This document shows positions 38,147 to 49,079 of a stretch of DNA of 64,000 nucleotides, one piece after another; positions within the stretch are counted from its first letter, which is position 1; each line of letters opens with the position of its first letter. The DNA lies in IMG/VR virus record IMGVR_UViG_3300028549_000365, positions 32,001-96,000 of that record, one strand, 5' to 3'. The DNA comes from a virus. Its lineage: Duplodnaviria; Caudoviricetes. A model generated the notes under the pieces. That model was not told where the DNA came from. It ran no database searches and saw only the letters and a list, made by a program, of their open reading frames with translations. Made by a program: the position numbers and the translations under genes.

Positions 38147-40483
38147 ATGTATACAATTGATAATTATATAAAAGATACATATTCATTAACCAATAGTTTG
38201 GTTATTAAAATGTCCGATGTTGCAATTACTGTTAACAAAGGAATTTATATTGTTCATGGAATAAAACCATCTGAAAATAAAAGTCAGTGGAAATACTATA
38301 TGAACCTAGCTGGTGAAAAACATTTCACCAACAATGACGTTATGATTACGTTACTAGAGACAGGTAAACAAGAATATCTTTCTAAAGAATTGTTAGAGAA
38401 TAATCAATATACTAAGTTTGAATTAAATAAATACAGTTCATACTATAAAGAATTGATAACTAACTTTCCTAATGATATTGATTATATAAAAGGTTGTATA
38501 AACCCTGTTGATATAGATAAAGCTATAGACGCTAGAGACGGTAGCATTATGGCTTATAGTGAACAGTATATAGGGTATCAAGAGTTATCTATAATAAGAG
38601 AGCTAGAAATAAAGATACAAAGTATGTTAGCAAGATGGCATATTAAAGAGTATTGTATAACTGATGAATTATATCTTTCTAGTTTAATAGGTATAATGTA
38701 TACAATAATACCTAGTATGCTATTAAACTTAGCGTTAGAAAGAGTTAACACTAATGAGGTTAATTCATTTCACATGGAACATTTTTTCAGAAGTAGACTT
38801 AATTTATGGGACAATATACAAAGTTTAAATAACGAAAGTAAGATGTGGTTGTATAATAACTTGAATTACTTACTTAAGTATCAAGGTAGAAACGAAACTC
38901 TAGATAGCATAGCCTATAATGTATTTGAAAAGAATAACTTAGGTTTAGGAACATATACACTTTATAATACGTTACCTACATTAAAAGACGACCCTAAACT
39001 TAATGAAGCTGTTTATAACGAATCAGAATCTATATTCATACTAGAAAAGTTAAACAACAAATACAGTACAGACGTAAGTGATAATAGTGATGTTGAGACT
39101 ATATTAGATATGGAACTATATACCGATCTAGATTCTGACAACAGCACACCATCTACAGCTTTGGAGACAATAACTAAACATGTTACCAATAAACTTAAAT
39201 CAAGAACTAGTATAGAACAGAATACTAAAATATTAGATATATCAACTGTAAAATTGTTTAAACTATATGGTAATGACCCGCTTATAACAGTTCTAGACAA
39301 TTGGTTGTATAATAGTTGCAATGGTATATATGTAGCGAAAAAGATATTCATAGATCCTAATAATAAGATTAAATATTTTATATCACCTTTGGAAGGATTA
39401 TACATTTTCTATTATATGCTTATAGAACTACTAGATGCTGAAGATACGCCAATAAACACTATTAGTTATTCTAATTGTATAAATAATAATATTACTAAAG
39501 AATACTTAAGTAATAACTTGTTTAACTTAGAGTACACTGAACCAATTATAGATGAAATACTTAGATACACTACTAGTGAAGTATCTACAATTGTTGACAC
39601 TAAAAGCTTTACTTCTTATTTATCTAGCATTAAACTTTTGTATAGTAATATATGGGTAATGGATAGTAATGTGAACAATAGTACAATAAGTGCTAATATT
39701 AAACATATTGTTAACAGAATATACAAATCTGGTACACATATAGTTAATAATGATGTACCTATAACTATGAAAGATTTATTAGCTAAATCTAGTATACATA
39801 TTAATATTAATGACAGTTATAATAAACTTAATACGATTACTGAAATATTTAAGTTATTCACTGGTTTAGAGATAAATGAATATACGGCTATAAATGATAA
39901 CCTTAAAGAGATGTCAATATTACTTAATAAACTCACAAGTTATACAACACAAGTTATAAAGAACATTGATGATAATAAAGTGTTATATACACCATATACA
40001 TCTATAACTGCACTGCATGGTAGAGTCGGTGTTATAACAGTTACATCAGCCAGTATAGTTTTTCCATTAGAAAACGTAGGTAATAGGTTAATATGTAATG
40101 GTAATGATTATATAGAGGATCTAAGTATAACATCTTTAAGTTATCAACCTGTTTTTTATATTGATAAACTTATTGGAGGTATAGCGATAGGTCATCAACC
40201 TCAATATAGCGATAGTATAGAGTTATCTACAGTTACTGAAATGTACAGTGAGATAATGTTACCTTATACCAGTTTCATGGGAATGGGAGTTAAGGCTATT
40301 GTAGAAAGTGACGGTATAGAAGATATAGGTTCTGACATACCTTCATATACCCAGTTAACACTACTAGAAATAGAAGAAGACGATGAAGGTGTTGACGTAG
40401 TTATTTATAACACGGAACCAACGCAAGAAGACGGTTATTTTGTTACCGCGCAACCTAATCTAATAGTAGAATTTGAAGACTAA
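38147..40483 (+). CDS. phiKZ-like virion structural protein (possibly baseplate)
   Basis: WKYYMNLAGE motif, recalled from phiKZ-like structural proteins. Divergent from the portal-like gene. Confidence 0.55.
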   Translation: MYTIDNYIKDTYSLTNSLVIKMSDVAITVNKGIYIVHGIKPSENKSQWKYYMNLAGEKHFTNNDVMITLLETGKQEYLSKELLENNQYTKFELNKYSSYYKELITNFPNDIDYIKGCINPVDIDKAIDARDGSIMAYSEQYIGYQELSIIRELEIKIQSMLARWHIKEYCITDELYLSSLIGIMYTIIPSMLLNLALERVNTNEVNSFHMEHFFRSRLNLWDNIQSLNNESKMWLYNNLNYLLKYQGRNETLDSIAYNVFEKNNLGLGTYTLYNTLPTLKDDPKLNEAVYNESESIFILEKLNNKYSTDVSDNSDVETILDMELYTDLDSDNSTPSTALETITKHVTNKLKSRTSIEQNTKILDISTVKLFKLYGNDPLITVLDNWLYNSCNGIYVAKKIFIDPNNKIKYFISPLEGLYIFYYMLIELLDAEDTPINTISYSNCINNNITKEYLSNNLFNLEYTEPIIDEILRYTTSEVSTIVDTKSFTSYLSSIKLLYSNIWVMDSNVNNSTISANIKHIVNRIYKSGTHIVNNDVPITMKDLLAKSSIHININDSYNKLNTITEIFKLFTGLEINEYTAINDNLKEMSILLNKLTSYTTQVIKNIDDNKVLYTPYTSITALHGRVGVITVTSASIVFPLENVGNRLICNGNDYIEDLSITSLSYQPVFYIDKLIGGIAIGHQPQYSDSIELSTVTEMYSEIMLPYTSFMGMGVKAIVESDGIEDIGSDIPSYTQLTLLEIEEDDEGVDVVIYNTEPTQEDGYFVTAQPNLIVEFED

Positions 40484-40512
40484 CATACAGTGACATATGT
40501 CACTGTATGTTA
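40481..40512. terminator. 32-bp perfect palindrome, bidirectional terminator
   Basis: TAACATACAGTGACATATGTCACTGTATGTTA overlapping two convergent stop codons. Confidence 0.75.
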
Positions 40513-41064
40513 TATCTTATATAATAATACTGGGTTCTTTCTAAATTCTAGTATAGCGGTGTAACCTATAGCTAGTGAATCTATTTCATGTTCAGTTAGT
40601 AAGTTAGTATTTACTTTCTTAGTAATTTCTTCTATCTTATTAACACTAGCTAACATCATATTCTTATCGGCATTACCATTGTTAGCTATACGAGCTTTAA
40701 CTAGTTTAGGTGGATACCTGAATATTTTTATAAGTTGATTATTTTGTTTAAACACAAGTTCTATCGTTGCGATATATTGTGATAATTGCATAACAGCTTT
40801 AGGAAACTTACTATTAAGGAACGCACTTTCAACTACTAAAGCTAAAGGAGAGTGAGTGTTGTATAACTCATTACATACTTTGTTTATATGTATAAGTTTC
40901 TCCAATAGTCTATCTTCTAAAACTATAGCACCAGCGTAGTTGTTTAGAACAATAGTTTTAGTTTCTATACTAACGACACTATGTGTATCAGCTGTTAACT
41001 CGTATATGGATACTCCTATATTATTTCCAGGATCTATAGATATTATTTTATATGTATTATTCAT
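40510..41064 (-). CDS. RuvC-like Holliday junction resolvase
   Basis: IISIDPG, LVVESAF, GNADK and EHEIDSLAIG acidic motifs. Confidence 0.8.
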   Translation of the reverse strand: MNNTYKIISIDPGNNIGVSIYELTADTHSVVSIETKTIVLNNYAGAIVLEDRLLEKLIHINKVCNELYNTHSPLALVVESAFLNSKFPKAVMQLSQYIATIELVFKQNNQLIKIFRYPPKLVKARIANNGNADKNMMLASVNKIEEITKKVNTNLLTEHEIDSLAIGYTAILEFRKNPVLLYKI

Positions 41065-41876
41065 ATTGTTAATGGTTCCATACCAGCTATCTCTATAGAC
41101 CTAATAAGCTCTTTCTCAGCAGCTAGTGTGCTAGCTGTATCAACATCAACTTCATAATGAAAAGCTATTTGAACTACTGTAGCATCTAAAATACCATCTA
41201 TAGTTTTATCTATACCAGTACATACACCTATCTCTGTTAGGGCTTTTGTTGTTCCATAACCATATAAGACATTTATAGCATTTTGTACTTCTAGTAAGTC
41301 TGTCTTTAACATTATGAACGGTATCTTTGTTACCTTTGTGATGTATTTAACATCGTCTGTATTAGAATACATAACCGTATTTTCTTTAGGTGTTGGACTA
41401 AGTAGTTTATCTGTATTGGTATCGAACAAAGATAATACAGGAACTCCGTTAACCATATTTATTTCGTGGAACTCATCTTTTATAGATTCATTTTCTATAA
41501 CTCTTAAATAATAACAATAGTACTCTATATTATTAATTATCTTCTTCATTTTGAATCTATATCTAACTTGTTCCTGTGGGAGTAAATCATTGTCTGTTCT
41601 TCTAACCACAAATGGTAAATGTTCAAATAACGCAGCATCAGTTGCTCTATGCTTAGAATAATTATAACCATCTACAGTGTCCAATATTCCAGACCCACCT
41701 ACTCCTATTGTGTAATACTTAAGTGTAGGGTATTCGTTGTCTTCGTTTAACACACCTTTATTAATATTAAACTTCTCATTAAGTGTTGTATTTGGTAATA
41801 CCTTATACGGTTTACCAGTTAATGCGTGCATCTGTAATGACATACCATATATTGTACGTTGTGAATTTTTAATCAT
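41061..41876 (-). CDS. phiKZ-like virion structural protein
   Basis: NTTLNEKF, YYTIGVGG and DAALFEHLPFVVR motifs recalled from phiKZ-like structural proteins. Confidence 0.55.
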   Translation of the reverse strand: MIKNSQRTIYGMSLQMHALTGKPYKVLPNTTLNEKFNINKGVLNEDNEYPTLKYYTIGVGGSGILDTVDGYNYSKHRATDAALFEHLPFVVRRTDNDLLPQEQVRYRFKMKKIINNIEYYCYYLRVIENESIKDEFHEINMVNGVPVLSLFDTNTDKLLSPTPKENTVMYSNTDDVKYITKVTKIPFIMLKTDLLEVQNAINVLYGYGTTKALTEIGVCTGIDKTIDGILDATVVQIAFHYEVDVDTASTLAAEKELIRSIEIAGMEPLTI

Positions 41877-41887
41877 AACAACTCCTT

Positions 41888-42310
41888 TTATTTTTCTTTA
41901 AGTTCTGTAAAATCTTCTAATAATAATTTAGTAGGATCTATCTCTAACTCACCATCGACAACTGTTATATCTATTATCTCTTGTCTAAGTGTTAAGTCAG
42001 TAGGAGCTGCTAATTGTTTACTAGTACTTACAGTTTTAAGTGCCATCATAACAGTTTCTAGTATAGCCTCTTTATTTGCACCTGATTGGTATTTCAATCT
42101 ATTAGTAGCTGCATCGTGTGCTGCTTTCTCAGCTGAAGATAGTAGTTCATTTAAAACCCTTGCTGAAGAATTATAATACTTATCTTTAGGGTCAGCATTA
42201 AGAACTATATTATTAATAGCTGCCATTCTTATGTCTCTGGTTTTACCCATTATTTCTAGTTCTTCTTTAGTATATATAGAACTTTGTGCGTCTGAAACAT
42301 CCATACTCAT
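41888..42310 (-). CDS. Hypothetical protein
   Basis: AAGGA RBS, helical ORF. Confidence 0.6.
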   Translation of the reverse strand: MSMDVSDAQSSIYTKEELEIMGKTRDIRMAAINNIVLNADPKDKYYNSSARVLNELLSSAEKAAHDAATNRLKYQSGANKEAILETVMMALKTVSTSKQLAAPTDLTLRQEIIDITVVDGELEIDPTKLLLEDFTELKEK

Positions 42311-42358
42311 GATATATCCTTGTGTTTTTTTATCAGATAACTGCTAAAACACGTCAGT

Positions 42359-42376
42359 CACATATTATTTAAAGAG
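42359..42376 (+). promoter_or_regulatory. Putative phage early promoter
   Basis: CAC-ATATTAT-TTAAAG-AG upstream of RNase H. Confidence 0.6.
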
Positions 42377-42409
42377 TGGTGATTAATTAGATAAACATAA
42401 GGATTTAAA

Positions 42410-43849
42410 ATGGAAAATACATATAATGTAATAATGTACACTGATGGTTCAGCTTGGCCGTCAAGCAGAGGTTTCTACGGTGGAGGTGTGCACGGTTATC
42501 TATACTGTGAAAAAGACTTAGTGGAAAAGAGCAGAGATAAACATCCTAACTACTTCATAACTGAAGCAGGTTATATTTCTCAAGAAGATATAGCTAAGTA
42601 TTTAGGTAAACACATTAACCCTAGTTATTATATAGACGGTGCGTATTCATACCACGGACAAGGAACTAGTAACAGAGGTGAGTTAAATGGTGTAATAGAA
42701 ACATTTAAAGGTTTATTAGACACTAAACTTAAATTTGACACTATAAGTATATTGGCAGATAGTAGCTATACTATAGGTCTATTAACACATATACTTAATG
42801 GTAATAAAGATATATTCCAAGATCTTAATAAACCAAATAGAGATTTGATATTAGAACTAGCTTCATGTGTTAATAGTTTAACAGAGTTGGGTGTTAAAAT
42901 AAATATAACATATATAGAAGCACATTCAACTCATTTAGGAAATAACATAGCTGACCGTATGGCGTTTATAGGTAGAAATAAATCTTACAAAGGTATCGCT
43001 GAAATAACTTTTAACTTATCGGACGGTAAAAACTACTGGAAACCTAAGTTTGAAAAAGACCCATTAATAAACTTTAAACAGATATTCTTTACTAACGAAG
43101 CTAGAGGTTTAGCTAATAAATATATATACACAATAATGGATTATAAAACAGATGTGGAGTTAGGTAAGAAATCTAGTACCGCTACATTTGGTGTCGTTGT
43201 TAAAAGCAAGCCTGTGGAAGAGATAGAAACTGTTATAGATGCATTTCAAAAAGGTATGGGGTCTTATAGTGTATTATCTACAATAAACACTAAAGAAGTT
43301 TATACGCAAGCTAATATGTTGTATAGTAAAGTATTTGGAACTAGTGTTTATAGTTTTAATAGAAAAAACCATTACTTAACTTTAGTCGAACAGAATGTTG
43401 TTGCTAATGCTATAAACCCACCTGGTTTAGCTAATCAAGCTATGACTAAGACTATGACTTTGATGCAGATGTTAAACACATATAAAGACTACCTCTTAAT
43501 CAACGCTACAACCACCTACAGGACGTTCATAGACATCACTAGTAGTATCTATGGTATTAATGATAAAAACAAGCCTGTGACCATTCTACCTATGATAGAT
43601 GGAGTATTAAAGATACCTGTAAATATAAAGGGTGAAGAAGTTATTATCAATATGGATATTGGTACGGATACATTATCTAGAAACCAATTTAATCAACTAG
43701 TTGATAAGAATGTTGTTGTTACACTAGTTATAGACCAACATACAGATAAATATCTAGATTACTATATGATAGTAGATGTTAAAGACGATGATGACATAGC
43801 TGTATATTGTAACTTCTTTAGTAACAAAGTATTTTTCAAAACAAAATAA
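42410..43849 (+). CDS. rnhA: Ribonuclease HI with C-terminal extension (phiKZ gp155-like)
   Basis: YTDGS, TSNRGEL, ADSSY and AHS.HLGNNIADRMA catalytic motifs. Confidence 0.85.
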   Translation: MENTYNVIMYTDGSAWPSSRGFYGGGVHGYLYCEKDLVEKSRDKHPNYFITEAGYISQEDIAKYLGKHINPSYYIDGAYSYHGQGTSNRGELNGVIETFKGLLDTKLKFDTISILADSSYTIGLLTHILNGNKDIFQDLNKPNRDLILELASCVNSLTELGVKINITYIEAHSTHLGNNIADRMAFIGRNKSYKGIAEITFNLSDGKNYWKPKFEKDPLINFKQIFFTNEARGLANKYIYTIMDYKTDVELGKKSSTATFGVVVKSKPVEEIETVIDAFQKGMGSYSVLSTINTKEVYTQANMLYSKVFGTSVYSFNRKNHYLTLVEQNVVANAINPPGLANQAMTKTMTLMQMLNTYKDYLLINATTTYRTFIDITSSIYGINDKNKPVTILPMIDGVLKIPVNIKGEEVIINMDIGTDTLSRNQFNQLVDKNVVVTLVIDQHTDKYLDYYMIVDVKDDDDIAVYCNFFSNKVFFKTK

Positions 43850-43851
43850 CA

Positions 43852-43881
43852 TATGTAACAACACTAACGTGTTGTTACATA
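43852..43881. terminator. Bidirectional terminator
   Basis: 13-bp stem TATGTAACAACAC / GTGTTGTTACATA with loop TAAC. Confidence 0.7.
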
Positions 43882-44744
43882 GTTCTTTGTGTTATCTCAT
43901 CTATTGTTATATTTGTAGTTATAACTAATTGATTTATAAGATGTACAGCAGATATAACAACTGTAACTAAATTAGCTGTTTCTTCTATAGCGTACCCTAA
44001 GTCGATTAATCTATTTTGTTCTACAACTACGTCTTTCTTTTCTTTTAATAGTTCATATAGACTATCAGTTTTTTCAGATACACTTTTAGTAGATTTTTCT
44101 ATATCTTTTAGATATTTAACAGATGTTACATTTCCTAAACTAATTAGATTTTTATACACAACTGATAGACTAGATAAGTTAGGTAACAACTCATTTATTT
44201 TTTTTCTATCTGTAAGTAAGTTAGGATTTATTATCTCAGTTAGAACTTTCTTCACTGTAGCGTGTTCATAATCATAACTTATGTCTAAAGGTCTAGAAGA
44301 TGTTCTAAAGTGTTTATCACCTATAAACATACCTAGCATTGTATCTAAATCATTTAACTTAACAGCTAATTCTTTTAATAAAAGATCTTTAAGTGTCACT
44401 AACTTATCACTAGCTGTTACTAGATCTACGTCCATACCTATCATAACAGGTATTTCTATTTTACCTACAGCTGAGTATGAACCATTATCTATAATAGCTT
44501 TTATCTTAGAATGGTTTGATATCAGTGTATCAAAATGTGTATTTATAACTTTAGCGTCAAGTTCGTCTGCTCGTTGGTTATTGATAGTAAATATATCTTT
44601 TACTCTTTGTAACTTTTCTGTAAAAAATGAACCTACTTCTTTAAGTACAGTTAAATCTTCTACGGTTACTGTTACTTCAGCTCTAGCTTTAAGATTAGGT
44701 ATTTGAGCTAATATACTAATAGTATCTGCTGATAAATTTTTCAT
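43875..44744 (-). CDS. Hypothetical, possibly virion, protein
   Basis: AAGGA RBS, helical 289-aa ORF. Confidence 0.55.
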   Translation of the reverse strand: MKNLSADTISILAQIPNLKARAEVTVTVEDLTVLKEVGSFFTEKLQRVKDIFTINNQRADELDAKVINTHFDTLISNHSKIKAIIDNGSYSAVGKIEIPVMIGMDVDLVTASDKLVTLKDLLLKELAVKLNDLDTMLGMFIGDKHFRTSSRPLDISYDYEHATVKKVLTEIINPNLLTDRKKINELLPNLSSLSVVYKNLISLGNVTSVKYLKDIEKSTKSVSEKTDSLYELLKEKKDVVVEQNRLIDLGYAIEETANLVTVVISAVHLINQLVITTNITIDEITQRTM

Positions 44745-44846
44745 GTGATATCCTTATGTGTTTATATTCAGTAAAACAGGTTTATACGTTGTAACATTTT
44801 TTTAACTTAGTAGAATTAGTTAGAGTAAATAAACAAGGAGTATAGA

Positions 44847-46277
44847 ATGTTAAGATTTGGAAGCGAAAATAATATTAAGCCTAAGATACATATTAACATA
44901 GGTGCGTTATTTGATGTACCTACAGCTAGTATAATGACTGGGTCAAGAGGCGAGAGTATAATGAATGGTGGTTTAGGACAAATCACTGGTATAGTTGGAC
45001 ATGGTAACAATTATAAAAGTACTATTATGCACTATATGATGTTATCGGCGTGTGATAAAATAATGGCCACCACACCATCTGGTATGACTACGTATGATAC
45101 AGAAGTAAACATATCTATAGACAGATTAACTAATCTTGCTAGTGGTTTTGAAAACTTACCTTTTGATCCAATAGTAGGTGATACACCAGTATGGTCTGTA
45201 ACTGATAAAGCTACTGAAGCCGCTAATAAATGGGCTATAGGATTAAATAAGTATGCTGATGATAAAGTTAAAGGTAATAAGTATGTAGTCGACTATACTG
45301 CGTTCAAAGACCCTTTTACAAAAGGTGTGTTAAAAGTACAAACACCTACGTTTTGTGAAATAGATTCGCTTAGTGAATTTGAAGCTACTAGTACAATAGA
45401 TATGTTGTCTAACGACTTAGACGATAGTAGTACAAATACATTTGCTATGAAACAAGGTTTATTTAAAACTAAATTTCTTTCGCAACTACCAAGTTTAGCT
45501 AACTCAGCTAACATATTCTTCTTACTATCAGCACAGATAGGTGAGAAAATAAATATGGAGACTGGTCCTATGGCTAAGTATAATCAACCTACTAAGAAAC
45601 TACAGTATCTTAAACAAGGTGATGCTATAAAAGGTGTTAGTAGTAAGTTTTTCTTTTTACTTAACTCAGCTTGGTACGCACATACAGCTACATTATTAAA
45701 TAACCAAACAACTAAGATGCCAGAGTATCCTATGAGTTCTGAAGATACTTTAAACACTGATCTAAACGTAGTTAAACTTACACAAATGAGAAGTAAGAAC
45801 GGACCAAGTGGTTATACTTTAGAGATAGTTGTTAGTCAAACAGATGGTGTATTACCTACACTTACTGAATTTCATTATATTAAAAGTATGGACAGATTTG
45901 GTTTAGAGGGTACACTTGTTCACTATAGTTTGACTTTACTACCTGAAGTAAAACTTTCTAGAGGTACGGTTAGAAGAAAAATAGATGATGACCCTAAGTT
46001 GCGAAGAGCTATAAACATAACTTCTGAGTTATTACAGTTTCATAAGTTTCATCCGCATTTAAGAAACCAAGGGTTATTATGTACACCTAAAGAACTACAT
46101 GATGATCTTATTGCACTTGGATATGATTGGGATGTATTACTTAATACAAGAGGTTATTGGTTAGTAGATAACTATAACCCTAATCATTTACCATTCTTGT
46201 CTACTATAGACTTAATGAAAATGAGAAAGGGCTTATATAAACCTTATTTTCTAGAAGAAAATAGAAAGGTAGCTTAA
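44847..46277 (+). CDS. uvsX: UvsX/RecA-like recombinase (phiKZ gp152-like)
   Basis: INIGALFDVPT, Walker A variant GHGNNYKST, YDTE, Walker B CEIDSLSEF. Confidence 0.85.
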   Translation: MLRFGSENNIKPKIHINIGALFDVPTASIMTGSRGESIMNGGLGQITGIVGHGNNYKSTIMHYMMLSACDKIMATTPSGMTTYDTEVNISIDRLTNLASGFENLPFDPIVGDTPVWSVTDKATEAANKWAIGLNKYADDKVKGNKYVVDYTAFKDPFTKGVLKVQTPTFCEIDSLSEFEATSTIDMLSNDLDDSSTNTFAMKQGLFKTKFLSQLPSLANSANIFFLLSAQIGEKINMETGPMAKYNQPTKKLQYLKQGDAIKGVSSKFFFLLNSAWYAHTATLLNNQTTKMPEYPMSSEDTLNTDLNVVKLTQMRSKNGPSGYTLEIVVSQTDGVLPTLTEFHYIKSMDRFGLEGTLVHYSLTLLPEVKLSRGTVRRKIDDDPKLRRAINITSELLQFHKFHPHLRNQGLLCTPKELHDDLIALGYDWDVLLNTRGYWLVDNYNPNHLPFLSTIDLMKMRKGLYKPYFLEENRKVA

Positions 46278-46690
46278 TGAAAGTTTTTGTAGTTACATTA
46301 GAATCTAAAGACAAGCATAGATATAGTTATATGTGTAATGCTGTGTGTGAGAGAGATGCTGTGATATCAGCACATGGTGAGATAATGAATAAAGGTTGGG
46401 AACATTATCTGTATGTTCCCGTTAAAATAGAAATAATAAATAGTGGAGTTTGTATGTATAATATTGGATTCGAAAGTGCCGACGGTGTGATACACGGTGT
46501 AGAGGTTGAAGGTGAATGTAAAAGAGAGGCTGTTGCGAAAGCCACTGAAGAGATAAATAAGCTTAACGGAGCTGACCATAGTTTTGTTGTAATAGACATA
46601 AGTATGTGTAATAAACAAGATGTTTGTATGAATTATAAAGCTGATAATAACCCAGTAGACTTATTTGGAGGAGTAGAAGATGGAGAATAA
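46277..46690 (+). CDS. Hypothetical protein made of two similar ~55-aa modules
   Basis: VTLES...CERDAVISA and IGFES...CKREAVAKA repeats. Confidence 0.55.
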   Translation: MKVFVVTLESKDKHRYSYMCNAVCERDAVISAHGEIMNKGWEHYLYVPVKIEIINSGVCMYNIGFESADGVIHGVEVEGECKREAVAKATEEINKLNGADHSFVVIDISMCNKQDVCMNYKADNNPVDLFGGVEDGE

Positions 46691-47033
46691 AACACCACTA
46701 ATTGTACAGTATGCGTTAGAGAAACCGCACGATGATCCAGATATGGTATTTTTCGTAGATAAAAACTTAAGAGAAGCTTTTACAGCTATAGATTTCGCTA
46801 ACAAGTTTATATGTGACCCTAGGATAGTTAGTATAAAAAATACACACTCAGCTGTGCAAAGAGTATTTATTAACCAGTTTATTATGGAAACACTTCTTAA
46901 ATATAGATCATCGCATCCTTTAAATGTTAGTGAAGCGTTGATGCTGTTAATAAATGACGCTACTGTTAACGATTGGTTCAAAATACTTAGAGAATATGTA
47001 TTTCCGTTTATGAAGAAGAACAATATTATTTGA
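46680..47033 (+). CDS. Conserved hypothetical protein
   Basis: GGAG RBS, overlapping ORF. Confidence 0.55.
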   Translation: MENKTPLIVQYALEKPHDDPDMVFFVDKNLREAFTAIDFANKFICDPRIVSIKNTHSAVQRVFINQFIMETLLKYRSSHPLNVSEALMLLINDATVNDWFKILREYVFPFMKKNNII

Positions 47034-47053
47034 ATAAAATATAAGGATTTCCA

Positions 47054-47851
47054 ATGAAAAAAAATTTACGTAAGTGTCAGATAGCTATCAGCGAAGGCGA
47101 TAAGACTACACTAACCGATAAACAAGTTGACGTAGTAGTTAATAACGTATTACCGTTGATATGTGTTGAAAAAGAGTTCTTAGACAGAAAGCAATACACT
47201 AGCTTACTATCACCATTAGCTGATGATTTAAATGCAGTTAAGAATACATTAGTGGATACTATTTACTTAGCTGAAACCGGTAAAGAGCGTTTTACATTCA
47301 TAACTAGAACTACAAGTGTGTTAAGTAAAAGTATTGTAAATGTTTATTACGACGCTAAGTACAAAGATATTCTAATCATACCTGAGCTTAACTTATTAGG
47401 TAATGCAACTGATGATGATATTGTAATTAACAGTAAATTCGTTTTACACGGTCACGTTCTAGGTGGTGGTACATATAGAGACATTAACGAGACTTTTGAA
47501 ACTGGTACTATGGATATAAACAATAGTGTAACACATTATGAAATTCCTACTACTAAAGCAAATATCGCGTCTAATAACATTCTGCTAAACGCTAATGGTT
47601 TAAATCCACAAGCTAGTAAAGTTGGTACATATTTAGAGACTATGATAACGCCTAGTATTAACTTTGGTAATAATAACAATATTCCTGTTAGTCTAATAGA
47701 CTTAGGTAAATGGAGTGATTTGTTTATGGAGTTACCTACAATACCGTTATATGTATTATACGGAAGTAGTGTTAATGCCTATAGTATAAAATATGTTGGT
47801 AGAAAGAAACCTACGAACGATTATCGTCTATGCTTTAACTTAGTATTCTAG
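47054..47851 (+). CDS. Hypothetical protein
   Basis: AAGGA RBS, ORF in operon with the vRNAP subunit. Confidence 0.6.
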   Translation: MKKNLRKCQIAISEGDKTTLTDKQVDVVVNNVLPLICVEKEFLDRKQYTSLLSPLADDLNAVKNTLVDTIYLAETGKERFTFITRTTSVLSKSIVNVYYDAKYKDILIIPELNLLGNATDDDIVINSKFVLHGHVLGGGTYRDINETFETGTMDINNSVTHYEIPTTKANIASNNILLNANGLNPQASKVGTYLETMITPSINFGNNNNIPVSLIDLGKWSDLFMELPTIPLYVLYGSSVNAYSIKYVGRKKPTNDYRLCFNLVF

Positions 47852-47859
47852 GACACCTT

Positions 47860-48528
47860 ATGAGTAATAGAACTAAAACTGAAGAGTTTATATTAAAGTA
47901 TGTTGATAAAATAGCACCTGGTGGTGCTAATAAAACACTTTATAGTGATCTATTTAAAAGTATGTCAGATAAAGAGTTTGATACATTTATGAAAAACTTG
48001 AGAGATAACAAGATAACTTTAAGTGTTATAATACCTAACGGTAGTAACATTAAGGTTACAGTCGCTAACAATATTAAAATAGGTAGAGAGTTAGGTTATG
48101 AGTTCTTTCAACAGTTAGCTGTAACTGGTGATAAAAATTTACCTCCTTATTTAACACCTAATAAATATCTAGTGATGAAGTTACCTATTAAAAGAGCTGC
48201 TCAGTTACTTAGTAAAAAGATATCTATCCCTAAAGATAATAAGTCTATAGATCTAACAACTGGTCAGGTCACTGGTAAGAGTAAAGGTAGTAAACTTACA
48301 GCTCCTGAAATACAAATGCTTACAGGTATGGGTATGACAGCATCTGTAAGAGAGTTACTTAAATATAGGGGTGGTGATTTAGGTTCTCTAAACGCTATGA
48401 ATCTAGCTCTATATAGAAATGGAAGTGTTAACTCTAACACACTAGAGCAATACGCTACTGGTGTTGTGGCTACTAAGACACTTAAGAACTATTGGCGTGC
48501 GTCGCATATAAAATCAAATATAATATAG
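47860..48528 (+). CDS. Virion RNA polymerase beta subunit, C-terminal part (phiKZ gp149-like)
   Basis: RRAAQ-like KRAAQLLSKK, IDLTTGQVTG.SKGSKLTAPEIQ (beta GQP/GEME-region equivalent) and ELLKYRGGD. Confidence 0.75.
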   Translation: MSNRTKTEEFILKYVDKIAPGGANKTLYSDLFKSMSDKEFDTFMKNLRDNKITLSVIIPNGSNIKVTVANNIKIGRELGYEFFQQLAVTGDKNLPPYLTPNKYLVMKLPIKRAAQLLSKKISIPKDNKSIDLTTGQVTGKSKGSKLTAPEIQMLTGMGMTASVRELLKYRGGDLGSLNAMNLALYRNGSVNSNTLEQYATGVVATKTLKNYWRASHIKSNII

Positions 48529-48557
48529 TCAGCAGTATGTTGGCTATATTTTTTTAT
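48522..48557 (+). terminator. Intrinsic terminator
   Basis: AATATAGTCAGC-AGTAT-GTTGGCTATATT plus T-run. Confidence 0.65.
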
Positions 48558-48587
48558 CTTCATCTCATTTATGAACAGGGGGTTATT

Positions 48588-49043
48588 ATGTTAAATAAGA
48601 TAAGATATTTATTATATAAATACAATATAATAAAGCCAAAAACATTTATAGAAAAAGTTAACTATATTCTATATATGAACATAGATATATATTCTAAATT
48701 AAGTTATAATAAAAGACGGTTCATAAACAAAGATATTATAAAAAGTATGCAGTTCATGGAGTTTGTATTACAATCAGACTTTAAAGAAACTTATATAGAC
48801 GAACTACTTAAGTACGAATACTATTACGTAACACTTACAGAGTGGTTTACAGAAAACGATAGAATGATAATTAACCCATATGATACACTTTATAAGTGGT
48901 TATGTTTAGCCGTTGAACTTAAAGAAAAATATGAATACGGAATTAAGGATAAGAATACTGGTAAGCTTTATGCTAACTCCAATAAGCTAAAACCATATAT
49001 TATTAATATAGAGGAAATTGTGGAAGACGTACTCAAAAACTAG
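48588..49043 (+). CDS. Hypothetical protein
   Basis: GGGG RBS before ATG 48588 (track start 48492 overlaps the upstream gene). Confidence 0.55.
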   Translation: MLNKIRYLLYKYNIIKPKTFIEKVNYILYMNIDIYSKLSYNKRRFINKDIIKSMQFMEFVLQSDFKETYIDELLKYEYYYVTLTEWFTENDRMIINPYDTLYKWLCLAVELKEKYEYGIKDKNTGKLYANSNKLKPYIINIEEIVEDVLKN

Positions 49044-49079
49044 TGGTAATAATAAGATTATCGCATAAAAAGGATAGCT

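Noticed and set aside
4160-44790. Possible late promoter TGTTTTA(A/C)TGAATAT / TTTACTGA upstream of some genes (about 4160, 14680, and 44770 on the minus strand)
   Set aside because: Too few and too degenerate copies in very AT-rich DNA to support without a statistical scan.
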